Positions 1-11,647 are shown, numbered from the stretch's first letter. The stretch is DNA of 20,000 nucleotides from Catajapyx aquilonaris (GCA_000934665.2 JYFJ02000417.1:118670-138669), one strand, 5' to 3'. A program made the numbers and translations. Notes: generated by a model not told the origin, from the sequence alone.

Positions 1-455
1 TAATCATTTCTGATGCATCCTATAAAGATGTTTATTTTTTAAAACTATCCCATAACTTAAGACTGAAATTTTAATCATTTCTGATGCATCATCCTCTAAA
101 GATATTTATTTATTTTTGCAAAATTGTTGCATAATCTAAATGAAATTTTAACGATTTAATCATTTCTGATGCATCCTATAAAGAAGTTTATTTATTTTTA
201 AAACTATCACATAATTTAAGACTGAATTTTTAATCATTTCTGATACATCATCCTATAAAGATGTTTATTTATTTTTAACTGTTGCATAATCCGGAATTAA
301 ATTTTTAGCAATTTAATCATTTCTGATACATCATCCTATAGATGTTGAATTTTTTTTTTTAACTAGTGCATAATCTAGAATGATAATTTCATCATTTCCA
401 TTAAGATGTTTTATTTATTTTTTAAGTATTGCATAATTTAGACTGAAATTTTAAC
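1..455. repeat. AT-rich tandem repeat, about 6 units of 65-85 bp (core TAATCATTTCTGATRCATC...AAGATGTTTATTT)
   Basis: Core recurs at 1, 72, 157, 231, 314 and, degenerate, near 390; the array runs off the left edge. Confidence 0.85.
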
Positions 456-764
456 CGTCAGTTGCAAATGTGAATTGAAATGATGAGCCAATTGTTTTTT
501 AAATGGTTCAGATAGTTATGAGCTAATTATCTATTAAGACATAATAATATTTCTAATGGGTAACATTCATTTCCTAATGGCTATTAGATTTAAGGATGTG
601 CGCATTTAAAAAATTGCACTTTGAGGAATTTGTCCACTTTTTTACATCCTTGGGAGTCTGTTATTACTCGAATGGATTTTTTGGCTTAATTTAACTGGAT
701 AATGAATTGAGATGGTTTTTATGTGAGTTCAGGCCCTATTCATCCCAAGTATTTACGTAGCGGC

Positions 765-871
765 ACGTAATTGTATTGTCGGTTATCCACCAACAATACA
801 ATTACCTGTTGTTGATTATCAACCAACAATGCAATTACCCATGTGTCCGGACTTTAGCGTCACCCTGTATA
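765..871. mobile_element. Probable right end of a Tc1/mariner-like non-autonomous element (…CACCCTGTA|TA) with a subterminal palindrome; left boundary unknown
   Basis: CACCCTGTATA at 861-871 is the reverse complement of TATACAGGGTG, the terminus type also seen at 19904-19914; 17-bp hairpin at 767-805. Confidence 0.5.
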
Positions 872-1390
872 TTGCCTGGATTACTTTTATATCGTAAGCA
901 GAAAGGGACTAATAGCATTCTGCTCTGGGCAATTAAAATTTTGCCAGTGTAGTAGAATTTTAAATGCATAACGATCCCTTGTAGGAGAGCAGCAAGTTAA
1001 TTACTTTTGTTTTGAGGAAAAGTGAGCAGGCTCATGCTGCATTACTGTGTGGCCTTTCAATCTGTTCTAGTGTCACATTGGTTGAAATCTAATTGATGCA
1101 ATGCACATAATCAACCAGTGCAGTGAATAATTCCATGACATTGACATTTACTGCATGTTGCAGTCGTTTCTGTGGTGCCAGTTGCCATCATCATCCGTCT
1201 GTTCTAGTCCATCGTACGCTGTCCCCATCCGCCCATTTTTGGCTGTCCAGCAACCCCTTCCTCATACCGTTCCGCCTGGCTTGGCTTGTGCCACTCTCCA
1301 CATTCCGATCTCTCAATTTTTCATTTACTCTTGAGGAGTAACTGTAACTACACCTCGGGGTCTTCTCTCTTTCTATGTGTGTCCAAGCAG

Positions 1391-1575
1391 CCACGGATTG
1401 ACCCGTGGCAACTCTTGAAGTGCTTGAGCGTCCTCCTCTCGCCGGAAGGAGGGATCAAGACACATCAGGAGGTGCCTCGGTTAGTCAGTCTGATGACCAA
1501 GTTCAGCAAGAAGCTGGTCAGCAAGTGCATATATGTGCAGATACTCAAAGCCTCTAAGCTGGATCTGCTGGACCA
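1391..1575 (+). CDS. PPP1R10: PNUTS exon: N-terminal domain (PRIDPWQLLKC...LDLLDQ)
   Basis: Polypyrimidine tract then aagcag| acceptor; donor CA|GTAAGT (phase 2). Confidence 0.92.
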
Positions 1576-4500
1576 GTAAGTTCCACCGATCTCTTTGAAC
1601 GGACCGCAACCCCTGCCCTGTAAACAGTGCATGCCAAATCTGTAGCTAGGCAACCCCCAGTTGTGTAAACATTCCGTTGTTTATAATAGAGACAGCAGAA
1701 GCAGCATTCCAGGACAGAACTGACAAGTCGCTCTCTTTTGTGTGGACGTACTTTCTTGGCTTTCAAAGCTTTGAACAATCGACCATACCGTTTTAATTGT
1801 AGGTGTATGCGTTTCATGAAGCGCAATAACGGACAGTTTGGAATTTCAGTGCCGTGAGGACCTGAAGTATTCCGTGATTCCGAGGCGTACACATCGTGCG
1901 TTGGATAACGCCGGGTACATAGGATCCAGGGTTGCGCAACTGCAGAAAGATTAGTTATCCCAAGGCTGATCGATCAGTCGTCGATTAATTGTTGCCAACA
2001 ATCCTCTTGAGAACAATTTGCCTGTTTTACACAAGTTCGCTCGGAGATTAAAGCCATTGTGTTACTTTCACGCAGTTGTTAGTCTTTAAGATAGCAGCAG
2101 TACGTCTCAGTGGATACAAAGCTTGGCATGACTCATCGCACATGAATATGACTTCCAGCTTCTAAGAGATTAGTCATCCGAAATTTCAGACATTCCCTGT
2201 CACATTTGGTGCAGAAATTAATCGAATTGAAAGCGTAGGACATCAAACATGTAGAGTATGCCATTAATTTTATTGTAAACAAAGATAACAGTAATTTAAA
2301 TAATGCAAGTTATGTGGTAGTGGTATAGATTATGTTTTCTGTTTTCCTGTGTTGTTTTTGGCAGTGTCTTAATCCGCGGCTTTAATTTCTTCCCGACAGG
2401 TTTATGGGCTCTGGTGGCTGGGCATTAGTACACGCTTGGATGACTGACGCTCTCGCATACCAGAACTGGGCCTTGACCATGGAGCTTCTGGAACTCCTGA
2501 GGGACTGTCCCGTGGGTGTGGACCGGCTCAAAGAGAATGGGCTCCCCAAGGACATCAGGGCCCTCTCCAAGGAATGCCCCGATCCAAGTGAGTTCTTACC
2601 AGCCAATTCTCAATGACTAGTTGTTGTTTTTTTTGCATGTAATGTTCATGATACCTAATGCGACATGCTTAGAAATAATGAGCAAAGTAGTAAACAAAGA
2701 AGTATGGCCCATGTTATTTCTGCCGATATTGAATTGTTAACGAGCATTTCCTGACAGTCTGGCTGTTGAGTAGAAAGCTTCGTTTCAAATAATATTTTTG
2801 TCGTTTATTTGTGAAATGGGCATTCTCCTCGGGATTTTACAACCTCTGCTACAACCTCAACTAAAAATTCACAGGCTTTCTAGCAAGAGTAGATCGACAA
2901 CAAGCGGTATTTATCTAAGTCGTGCGTAAGATAAGGCGGTGGGTGGGGATCGGCCTTATACCTCGGGATACAGAATACTACTTGTGTAACATGGATTGCA
3001 AGTCGAGGTGAAGCAATCTCTGCGATTTTATCTATGGCTTTGAACGTCTGGTATTGAAGGACTTTTTAATAGCAATTTTGGAGAATCTGCTTCAGTCAAC
3101 CATCCAGACGCATTTCTACAGAATAATTGCAAATAATGTTGCTGTACTGTACATAAAGGCTCGCAAAATATGTTGCTTGAATTTTTGCGATTTTACTGAT
3201 GCATTCTCATGAGGCGTCAGAGCAGAACATATTTTACTCCTCGCTGAGAATGAATTTTAGCATAGTACTATTATGTACTGTCCTTAATCGTGTCGCATAT
3301 TAATTTGCTGTGAGCAAACAAGTACCAAAACCTATGTTTCTTGATAATTTTAGAAGTGAAGAGCGCAGCTGCTTTGGTAGTGAGCAAGTGGATGCAGGCT
3401 GTCAGGGAGGAGGAGGGAGGAAGCAGCACCTCGCAGGCCGAATCAGCTGCGAAAGATGCGGAGGACGACGGGGCGGAGGAGCAGGAAGAGGAGAAGGTGG
3501 AGTCCAGTCCTTCCCCGACTGAATCCCATCCTGACAGTGGAGAATCCTCCATGGCAATGGAGGCGGATGGAGCAGCAGCGGCTGAGCCTGTAGACGAGGC
3601 TGCTGGTGGACAAAAGCCTCTGGGTGAGAAGCGACAAACGAGGTCCCAGAAGTTGACTGCCGAGTCCGTGGCGGAGCAGCTGGACAAGGAGGAAGCTAGA
3701 GAAGGGAGCGAGGAAGAGGAGGATGACGATGATGAATCAGGCTCCTCGACCGTCCCAGTGTTCAAGATCACAATACGTGATGGAAAGCACCTCCTGTCGA
3801 AGCTGGACAAGACTGTGTCAAAGAGGAAGCTGCCTCCACTTGAGAAGCCGCAGGCGAGGAGGAAGGCCATCATGGTGGAGCCCAGGCCTGAGAAGGACAT
3901 GATTGGAGACGTGAAGGAGCGGGAGAAGAAGGGGAAGGGTGCTGCCAGCAAGAGGGCAGCGGATGAGGCCAAAGAGGAGACCAAGAGGGTGAAGAAGGAA
4001 AAGGAGAAGGAGAAGGAGAAAGAGCGGGAGAGGAAAGGCCAGGAGAAGAAGGACAGGGAGACGCTTCAGAAGCTGAAGCTGTTGAATGAACCTGCCGAGA
4101 AACCTGGACGGATCTCAGGCCTTCCCAGCATCTCCAAGCTGGGGAAGATCCCGAAGAAGCCACGACCTCCAGAGACCAACCCGTCAACCTCCTCCGCCCC
4201 AGCTTCCTCAGGGTCCAGCACGTCCTCCAACTCATCTTCTAGTTCGTCCTCATCCTTGCTTGACAAGCCGCGTCCAAAGACTGTTAAGATGTTCAATTCA
4301 AAGTTCCGCTCCGTGGGCCTTGAGGAGGAGATCAAGCCTCCTCCGCCACCATCTACCAGATCCAACAAGGCCGCGTTAGACAAGCGGCTCAGCAAACCTT
4401 CCCATAACCTGAAGCGAGGCACATCCAAAGCACAATCCCCACCGCACACCCCTACCTTTAAGGAACAGCCGGCCGGCTCGTCCTCTCCTTCGGCCGAGAA

Positions 4501-7500
4501 AAAGGAAAAGGACAAGAAGGTAGCGTCTTCCCCTCCGCAGTCAGACTCTAGCTCGTCACCGACTCAGAATCATCACGGCGAGTCAGGGAGGAGATCATCA
4601 GTCACCAGCCGATCGTCCAAATCGAAACGTAAGTGGGTCTGTTGCAGGTGGTGCCACGTTAGCTGCTCTTCTAGTAGCTATAGGTTGTAGATCGCAAACT
4701 GGAAACTATGAAAATAAGGAGCATTATAAAAATACATATACGGAGTTGGAGGCTTCCAGTGAGACGTTTATCAGGTCGGCACAGAGTTCAGGCTAAAGCA
4801 AGATTTGGGGGTTCAAATAGATTTAGTTTTATCGCTGGGGTTACTTGGTAGATTGCAAAATGGGGGATCCTTTTCGGACCTGCAAACAGGTAGCGAAATC
4901 CGCGTCTGGTTCAAAGTACAAAAAAACGTGCATGCAAACATGACAGTAAAGTTGACACTGTTATATGCCAAAGAAAGTGGAACAATAAAATATGTTTCGA
5001 TTACTTGTGGGTTTTTATTATACTCCTAATGCGCCACGAACTTACTAAACAGCAATGAAATAGCACCAATGATGCTGGATAAATAAAACGGATATTATTT
5101 TCCAAATGGCTATTCAGACAACAGGCGTTTGTCATGTTTGCATACACAATTCAGCGCTAATTATATCGGTAATTAACCTGCCCATTGTCTTCCGCAGAGG
5201 GCCACCAGATCCAGGAGAGCAACATGTTCATGGACGCCCTGCTGGCCGGTTCGTACGAGCCGAGGAAGAGGAAGAGGAGAAACAGCACAAGCACCGGGAA
5301 GGAAGTACCCGAGCCAAAGAAGGAAGCAGGGGTCAAAGTGGAAAAAGAGGAGGCGAAGGGAGGCGGAAGCAGTCCTCTCTCGTCACCCACGTCCACCAAG
5401 CCCACACTCAAGGTGAGCTCGAAAATTGTTGCATTGGACCGACTACGAGTCATTGGCGGAAAGGAAATCATAACCACATGTTGTTTGTTGCAGTTTTACC
5501 AAGATACTCTTGAAACGAAGGAGGAGGAGGAGGATTCTGATGTCAAGATGGAGGACGAGGGCAGCAGGACTCCTCCACATGAGGATGTCCTGGAGGATAT
5601 GGAGGCTGAGGATGAGAGTGAAAAGGGTGTAAAAGAGGAGGAGGAGGAGGAGGAGGAGGAGGACAGCAACAAGGAGGAGGATGAAGCGGAAGATGACGAC
5701 GAGGATGAGGCAAAGAAATCTAAATCAAAGGTGGAGAAGACCAAGTCCAAGGCGTCATTGCCGCCTGCGAAAGGCGGCCTGAAGAAGCCCCTGAAGAGCG
5801 TCCTGGTTGTCCTCCGCTCCGTGACTGCCAACAGGACCAAGAAGACCGTCCACTGGAAGGCCGAATCCAAGCTGAAGGAGGTGCACTATTTCGAGCTGGA
5901 CGAGACCGAGAGGGCCAACGTCACCAAGAGCTTCCTGGACATGAAGCAGAATGAGCACATGCTTGAGAGGCAGACCCTTCTGATGGCCAGGAAGATCGGT
6001 CAGTGTTTTTAAATTGCTAGCTAGAAAATTATCAGATCTGAACTAACATGTTGGCATGAATCGTTCTGCACTAACTGCTAATGAATTGGGATTCTTTTTT
6101 TTTGTTTTGTCTTCAGTTCCGGATGATAGCATGGAGGAGAAGATATCCTGGCGCGTCCCCATGGAGCTGGAGCTTCCGGCCGCTTTGGTGGCTCCAGCCA
6201 GCCTCAGCAAGGAGAAAGAGGTCCAGTCCGCTCGCGAGAAGGGAATCCTCCAGGCGATATACTTCAGCCGCGACATGATTCCGCCTTCGCCTGGAGAGCC
6301 CCCGCTTGAAGCTCTTCTGCAGCAGGCCCCCGGTGCTCCTCCGTCGACCGAACAGGCCAAGAGCATACCGCTAGAGGACACCACCGGCAACCCTGAGAAC
6401 GTCAACGACTTCCGTAACACCCCATGGCCCGATCCCAAATCCTCGCAGATCCCGCCAGTGTCGCCATCGCAAGGGACTGTCGGAAGTGCCGCAAGCTCCG
6501 TCCCACTTGCTAGCGGAAATGGTGCCGCCCCCGGAATGGCAGGGGCGGCCATGCCGCAGGCGGTCGGAGCGGTGGGATCGCAGCAGTACCAGTACCCCGC
6601 ACAACAGCAGTACCAGGGCGGGTATCAGATGCAGCAAATGGGCGGGATGGGGCCGTACCAAGGAGCACCCATGGGGTACCCACCACCAGGTGGATCCATG
6701 GAGGGCCCTCCGCCACAGATGGGAGCAGGAGCCGCAGCAGGAGGATGGAGAGTACGTATCTGCATTGTTGTTGGGTTGATTATCTTGAATGCAACGTGTA
6801 CTGGGTGCATGAATTGAAAATGGCGATGAATTCCCATGGACAGAAAAAAAATTTGTTGCATAGTGTTACTATTTCGGGCGGTTTGCTGCATGGCCACATT
6901 TTCAGGTATTTGCGCTTAGGAGTACATGAAAGAAGCTGCTCCACTGGAATCACGGCTGGATAAGTACCTATTCGCTTAAAGATGCGTATCGTAAAATAAG
7001 TGCAGGAATTTCAACCGCTAGGAAATCGGAATGGAAAGGTGTTTGCTTTGGCAGTCACTAACGCTGTTCTTTCTTCTGGTTTGGTGTTTTTGCAGGCTGG
7101 AGATGGAACGGTGTATCCGGACATGTCGTCGCAGTCCATGGGAGGCTACAGGGGAGGTCCGGGGTCGGCACCTCCGCCTGGAGCGTACGGGGCAGGAGGC
7201 AACGGAGAAGATATGAGCGGAGCCGGAAGTGGGGAATACGTGGCTCCCCCGTACATGGGCCCTCCTGGGATGGGTCCCCCGGGATACGGACCTGGGATGG
7301 GTCCCCCCGGAATGGTGCCCCCTCCGCACATGGGAGCTCCTATGGGCATGGAAGGCGGGTGGGGCGGGGGTCCTCCTCCTCCTGGGGACTACCACCACGG
7401 GTACATGGGTGGGCCTAGGGGAGGGATGATGCAGTACGGGCCTCCGAGGGGGGGTCCCATGGGCCACAGGATGCCCCATCCGTACAGAGGGGGTCCGCAC

Positions 7501-10500
7501 AGGGGCGGCAGGGGCAGGTACCAGCAAGGGAACCACCAGGGTTCAAGAGGAGGGTCGGGGGGCGACGGAGGGAGTGGTCAAGGGGGGTCGAGGGGAGGAC
7601 CTTCCAGTTCCGGAGCAGGATGGAATTCGAACAGAGCCGGTGAGATGCGATTCCTGATACTCATGCTGCTACTCTGCCGGATGGTGTGGTCTCTAGTCAG
7701 GTTAGGTGGGCTCACTGTCGATTGGAGGCCGATCGTGGGTACCTCGATCTGTATGTGATATATTTTCTTGGCTGTGATTTATTTTAGTTCCTACGGACTC
7801 AAGGTTATTAACCAAAAAAAAAAAGAAAAGTGATGGAAAGGGACTGACTAACGCTGCATTTTTCTCCATGTTGTAGCGTAGGTTACATCACCATGTATGT
7901 CCCATGCATTTTCTTGACCTGTGATCTTTAATATATATACATATTTATTTTTATAATAAAGTGTGGTATGCATGCTGGTCATACAAAAAAAAAATGGATT
8001 GTCAGGATAAAGTGTAATAAATATCCACCACTTTGGATGAAAAAAGAAAGAATGATAAGTGTGATCTCACTTTACCAACGTAACACACTTTTTCGAGGCG
8101 ACGGTGAAGTAGGCCACTTCATTGTTCTGACTTTTTATACGCTTGCACACACACGAGGTTTGAAGGAAGGCGGCGGTGGTGAGGACGCATTGAGTAGATG
8201 AGGCGGCTCATCTTACCTCCACAGAAGGAAGCTGCCTGAGAGAATATTTCCTGCTGTCACTTGAGGGCCTTCTCAAGTTGTGGAAGGATCAGCAGGCTGG
8301 AATATACGTACTTTATAAAAGAGCAAAAAACAAAAAGGCAGAGCATGAACGATAGGAGTGAGAAAACAACCTCCAGAACTCTGTGGGCACTGATTTAAAA
8401 AAAAAAGGAGATCGCTCCGTAGCCCACCACTAACTAGTACAGTAATTGCTAGCCTACTCTAATTCAGCAATACACACGCTGCAATTGGACCCACGCAGAG
8501 GCAAATGTCGCGTGGTGAAATGCAATCGGCATTTGCATGCTAAATTCTCAATGGTGCAGATCGCCTGGACTGAATTTCCTCGCAGATAATTTTGCAGGGT
8601 AATTCTTTACCATGCAAATGAGGATGTGCATTCTCCACTCCCGACAAGTCCAGTGAGAACGCTTGGAATGCCACTAGCCAGAAGTTCATTTCCTGCTATC
8701 CTATGACAAAGCATGTTGCGCTAAGGAAACATGATCCTAAATGTCAAAAGGACACTCCATAGTCTTGCATGCATCAGGAGCCGGAACTCGGCATCCTTTT
8801 ACCACTGAAAGTATCGCATTATGCAGATGATTACTGGACCGCATAAAATGTGCCAGTACTAATATTAAATGATTAAGTTAAGTGTAGATTTAATGGTAAT
8901 TAGGACATGGATAGTTTTTTTTGGTGCAGGTGGCTCAATAACAGATCGTATTGCATGATGATCAAGAGAAATTCAAGCCAAGGATCAGATTTCATTCTGC
9001 AGATGGTGCGCACTATTTCCATAGAAACTCTGAACTCTGATTCACCAATATTAACAGACTGATGCCTTATTAGTGGTACGGTACAGTACACCAAACGTAA
9101 ACTACAGTTAAAAGATTGGCGAAGCTAGCCATCTTTTTCTGGACTTTGTTGTGTAACTCAAAGGCCAGATGAACTAACTTCGTAATAATTCTTCAAAGTG
9201 ATTGTCGCTTTAAATGTTTCCTGTCACGCCTTGCATGACAGGTGAAAGTAGTTTAGGCAGCCTGTACAGTTAGCCTCTGCGCCTTTGAATATCGCATGAG
9301 CAGGTGAAAATCTTTTCCATCAATGTTAACATCTGCAAGTCTGTTCGCAAGTATTGTAATGACTTGCGCATACATTAAGCTCAACTCCACACTACTTATA
9401 CGATAAAAGTTAAAGTTACATTCAAGTCTTATACTATAATAACTTACATGTGTGTGTGGCAGTCTGGTAATATACATTTAATATTTTTCGCCAATATTTC
9501 TGTAGTTGTCTTTTAAGTACTCACAGCCATGTTCAATGAACAAGGCCAGCTTTAGGGCTCATTAAAAGTACATTACACGCTGACTACCTATAAAAATAAA
9601 GATTGTGGAGGGCGTAAAGGGAAATGCTGTGAGTTAGATTTAACAATTTTTCAGACAAAGATAAAGCAAACTTCATGCAGATAATACAAAAAATATATAA
9701 CTTATATATTTTTAAATGAGTATGTAAAGATAGTTTGTGCCTCGCTGGAATGAACATGTGGCAAAGTAATTAGCCTTTGACCTCTGACATCAAACATAGG
9801 ATTTTCTTTGAGTTCTCTCTGTGATGGCCTAGGTTTTCTCAGGGTTTTGTTTCCTTTCACATCTCACCATTGAGGCATGAGTGAATCAAGTCAGGCCATA
9901 TTGTTATTAGCATTATTAATAATAAAATTATTCGTATTATTATTAGTAGTAGTAGTAATAATAACACAATTATTCGTATTATTATTAGTAGTAGTATTAA
10001 TAATAAAATTATTCGTATTAATAATAGTAGTATTAATAATATTAGTATTATTAATGTTATAAATAATACTAATAATAATGTTATTGTTATTATTAATACT
10101 AATAATAATGTTATTGTTATTATTAATACTAATAATAATGTTATTGTTATTAATAATAATGTTATTATTGATGTTAGTAGTAGTATTATTAGTATTAATA
10201 TTAATAATATTAATGTTGTTAGTATTAGTATTATTATTAGTATTAGTATTATTATTAGTATTAGTATTAGTATTATTATTAGTATTAGTATTATTATTAA
10301 TAATGTTCTGCAACACCTGACCGGTCTCCAGATATTTTAAATAATTGGCCATGTATGAGGGTAGCGAGGAGCTCCTCGTTATCCGATGGCACCCCCGTTT
10401 TTTTGGAAAAAGCCGTGATGAATACGATGATGATGATGATGATTATTATTAATAATATTAATATTAATAATAGTGTTGTTGTTAGCCCCTAATGCATAAT

Positions 10501-11024
10501 TGTCACATGGTTGTCATTAATTGCTTAACATTTTTAACTTTACAAATGAACAGTTCCTAAGTACACTGAGAATATGTACTGTCTACATTACTAGCATGTG
10601 TATCAATGTGAATACTAATTTATTTTCATGGTTTGACCAGCTTTGGTACGTCAAATTTATTGATAAATTTATGTTAATAATATTGCCCCACTAGAGGGGC
10701 ATCAGATGTTAGGAAGTTCCTTTCCATCTTTGAATCTCATTCTTTGTTGCGCAGATTTGGGATGACGCTGAGAAAGTGTGCAATTGCTGCAATTGCACTT
10801 TTGGTATGTGAGAGAGCCCATCTAGCCTGACAGTGCACTGTGTATACATCCGACACCATCCAAAGGTTGAGAGGAAATGTCTTGACATATTTTTTTTCAT
10901 TCCTTTCGCAGGGGGCAGAGGAAACAGCAGACGTGTCCCGACAGTCCCGTGCAAACACTACCTGGCCGGATTCTGCAGGAACGACACGGAGTGTACATTC
11001 CTTCACCAGGAGCCTCACACGTAG
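1391..11024 (+). CDS. PPP1R10: Serine/threonine-protein phosphatase 1 regulatory subunit 10 (PNUTS) homologue; join(1391..1575,2400..2587,3354..4628,5198..5412,5494..5998,6117..6751,7096..7639,10912..11024), 5'-partial
   Basis: Exons joined by hand at GT-AG sites total 3660 nt (1219 aa + stop) with matching phases. The N-terminus PRIDPWQLLKCLSVLL...MTKFSKKLVSKCIYVQILK resembles arthropod PNUTS as I recall it. Other conserved blocks: SKFRSVGLEEE, FMDAL, KKTVHW...EVHYFELDETERANV (PP1 docking), LQAIYFSRDMIPPSPGEP, an RGG-rich tail and a C-x7-C-x5-C-x3-H finger. Confidence 0.95.
2400..2587 (+). CDS. PPP1R10: PNUTS exon: TFIIS-N-like domain (FMGSGGWALVHAWM...ECPDP)
   Basis: Acceptor tcccgacag|G; donor A|GTGAGT (phase 1); GGW-x4-W...LLELL...PV...LKEN pattern. 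Confidence 0.93.
3354..4628 (+). CDS. PPP1R10: PNUTS exon: end of TFIIS-N-like domain, acidic/basic disordered region, SKFRSVGLEEE block
   Basis: Acceptor ttttag|AA; donor C|GTAAGT (phase 1); lies within the 449-aa ORF 3341..4690. Confidence 0.9.
5198..5412 (+). CDS. PPP1R10: PNUTS exon (ESNMFMDALL...RKRKRR)
   Basis: Acceptor ttccgcag|AG; donor AAG|GTGAGC (phase 0); basic NLS-like cluster. Confidence 0.88.
5494..5998 (+). CDS. PPP1R10: PNUTS exon containing the PP1-binding RVxW motif
   Basis: Acceptor ttgttgcag|TTT (FYQDTL); KKTVHW at 5839-5856; donor G|GTCAGT (phase 1). Confidence 0.92.
6117..6751 (+). CDS. PPP1R10: PNUTS exon (MEEKISWR...LQAIYFSRDMIPPSPGEP...Q/G/P/M-rich)
   Basis: Acceptor tttgtcttcag|TT; donor AGA|GTACGT (phase 0). 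Confidence 0.88.
7096..7639 (+). CDS. PPP1R10: PNUTS exon: Gly/Pro/Met-rich low-complexity region with RGG boxes
   Basis: Acceptor tttttgcag|GCT; donor G|GTGAGA (phase 1); GPPGM repeats and several RGG motifs. Confidence 0.88.
9898..10305. repeat. Compound AT-rich trinucleotide microsatellite (TAT/TAG/AAT/TGT)n in the last PNUTS intron; smaller GAT/TAT tract near 10425-10485
   Basis: Seen directly; includes 30-nt and ~39-42-nt higher-order duplications. Confidence 0.95.
10912..11024 (+). CDS. PPP1R10: PNUTS terminal coding exon with CCCH zinc finger (CKHYLAGFCRNDTECTFLH)
   Basis: Acceptor cattcctttcgcag|GG, compatible with phase 1; C-x7-C-x5-C-x3-H; TAG stop at 11022-11024. Confidence 0.9.
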
Positions 11025-11371
11025 CCAAGGTCATGTGTGCAGGCCGACCTGTGCGCATAGTGTACAATCCCCACCTTTTTTCCAAAAATAATCGTGTTAC
11101 AAAAAAAGTCTTCTACAATCTTCCGCCCCCTACAATTGTTGCTACCAATTTCATTTTGCATTTTTTCATGATTGTATCCCCCCCTCCTGCCACTTGAATG
11201 GTGCATGTGTATATAGATTCATAAGTGTAAAAAAAAAACCTGTATAGTCATAAGAATGTAATGCGTGTGTGTATGTGTTCAGCGGCAGATTTTCTCAGTG
11301 TTTCATACTATGTACAGTCCAAGGGTTTAATGTACAATATCTGCTAAAGTTTTGTGCAAACAAATCATAAT

Positions 11372-11377
11372 AATAAA
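11372..11377 (+). terminator. Candidate polyadenylation signal of PNUTS (AATAAA); second candidate at 11597-11602
   Basis: AATAAA hexamers about 350 and 570 nt after the stop; the first lies in an AAT repeat and may be coincidental. Confidence 0.4.
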
Positions 11378-11647
11378 TAATAATAATGAGAAAAAAAAGC
11401 CAAATGGAGTACCCAGCTTGTTTTTATCTGTACTGCAGTGTGACCTTTGACCCACTGGCTGCCCACCAGCTGACCCTATGCCAATGCCCGCCATTGATGC
11501 CCTCGGCTAACGATGCTGTAATAATTGCAATTATGTAGCACATGGTACGTACTATGTACACAAGTGTTGGGAACAGCTAATTGTTGCCTATTGCACAATA
11601 AAAATAATTGGCACATTATTATTATTATCATTTTTGCTTGTTGGATA

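Noticed and set aside
1..455. CRISPR-like repeat/spacer pattern
   Set aside because: The apparent spacers are homologous to each other; it is a degenerate tandem repeat
3271..7536. Long minus-strand ORFs (3271..3984, 4066..4515, 5496..5870, 6043..6552, 7018..7536)
   Set aside because: Antisense shadows of GC-rich, low-complexity PNUTS exons; no recognisable domains
8955..9040. Intronic C/D box snoRNA (ATGATGA ... CTGA about 80 nt apart)
   Set aside because: No terminal stem and no guide complementarity I could recognise; would need an Infernal or snoscan search
8100..9480. Nested minus-strand gene or degraded transposase in the last PNUTS intron
   Set aside because: Some splice-like sites are present (e.g. 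GAG|GTAAGA near 8215 on the minus strand), but the frames I tested were short or had stops, with no recognisable protein motif
9877..10320. Poly-Leu/Ile/Val membrane-protein-like ORFs (9877..10062, 10078..10320)
   Set aside because: Translations of the TAT/TAG microsatellite
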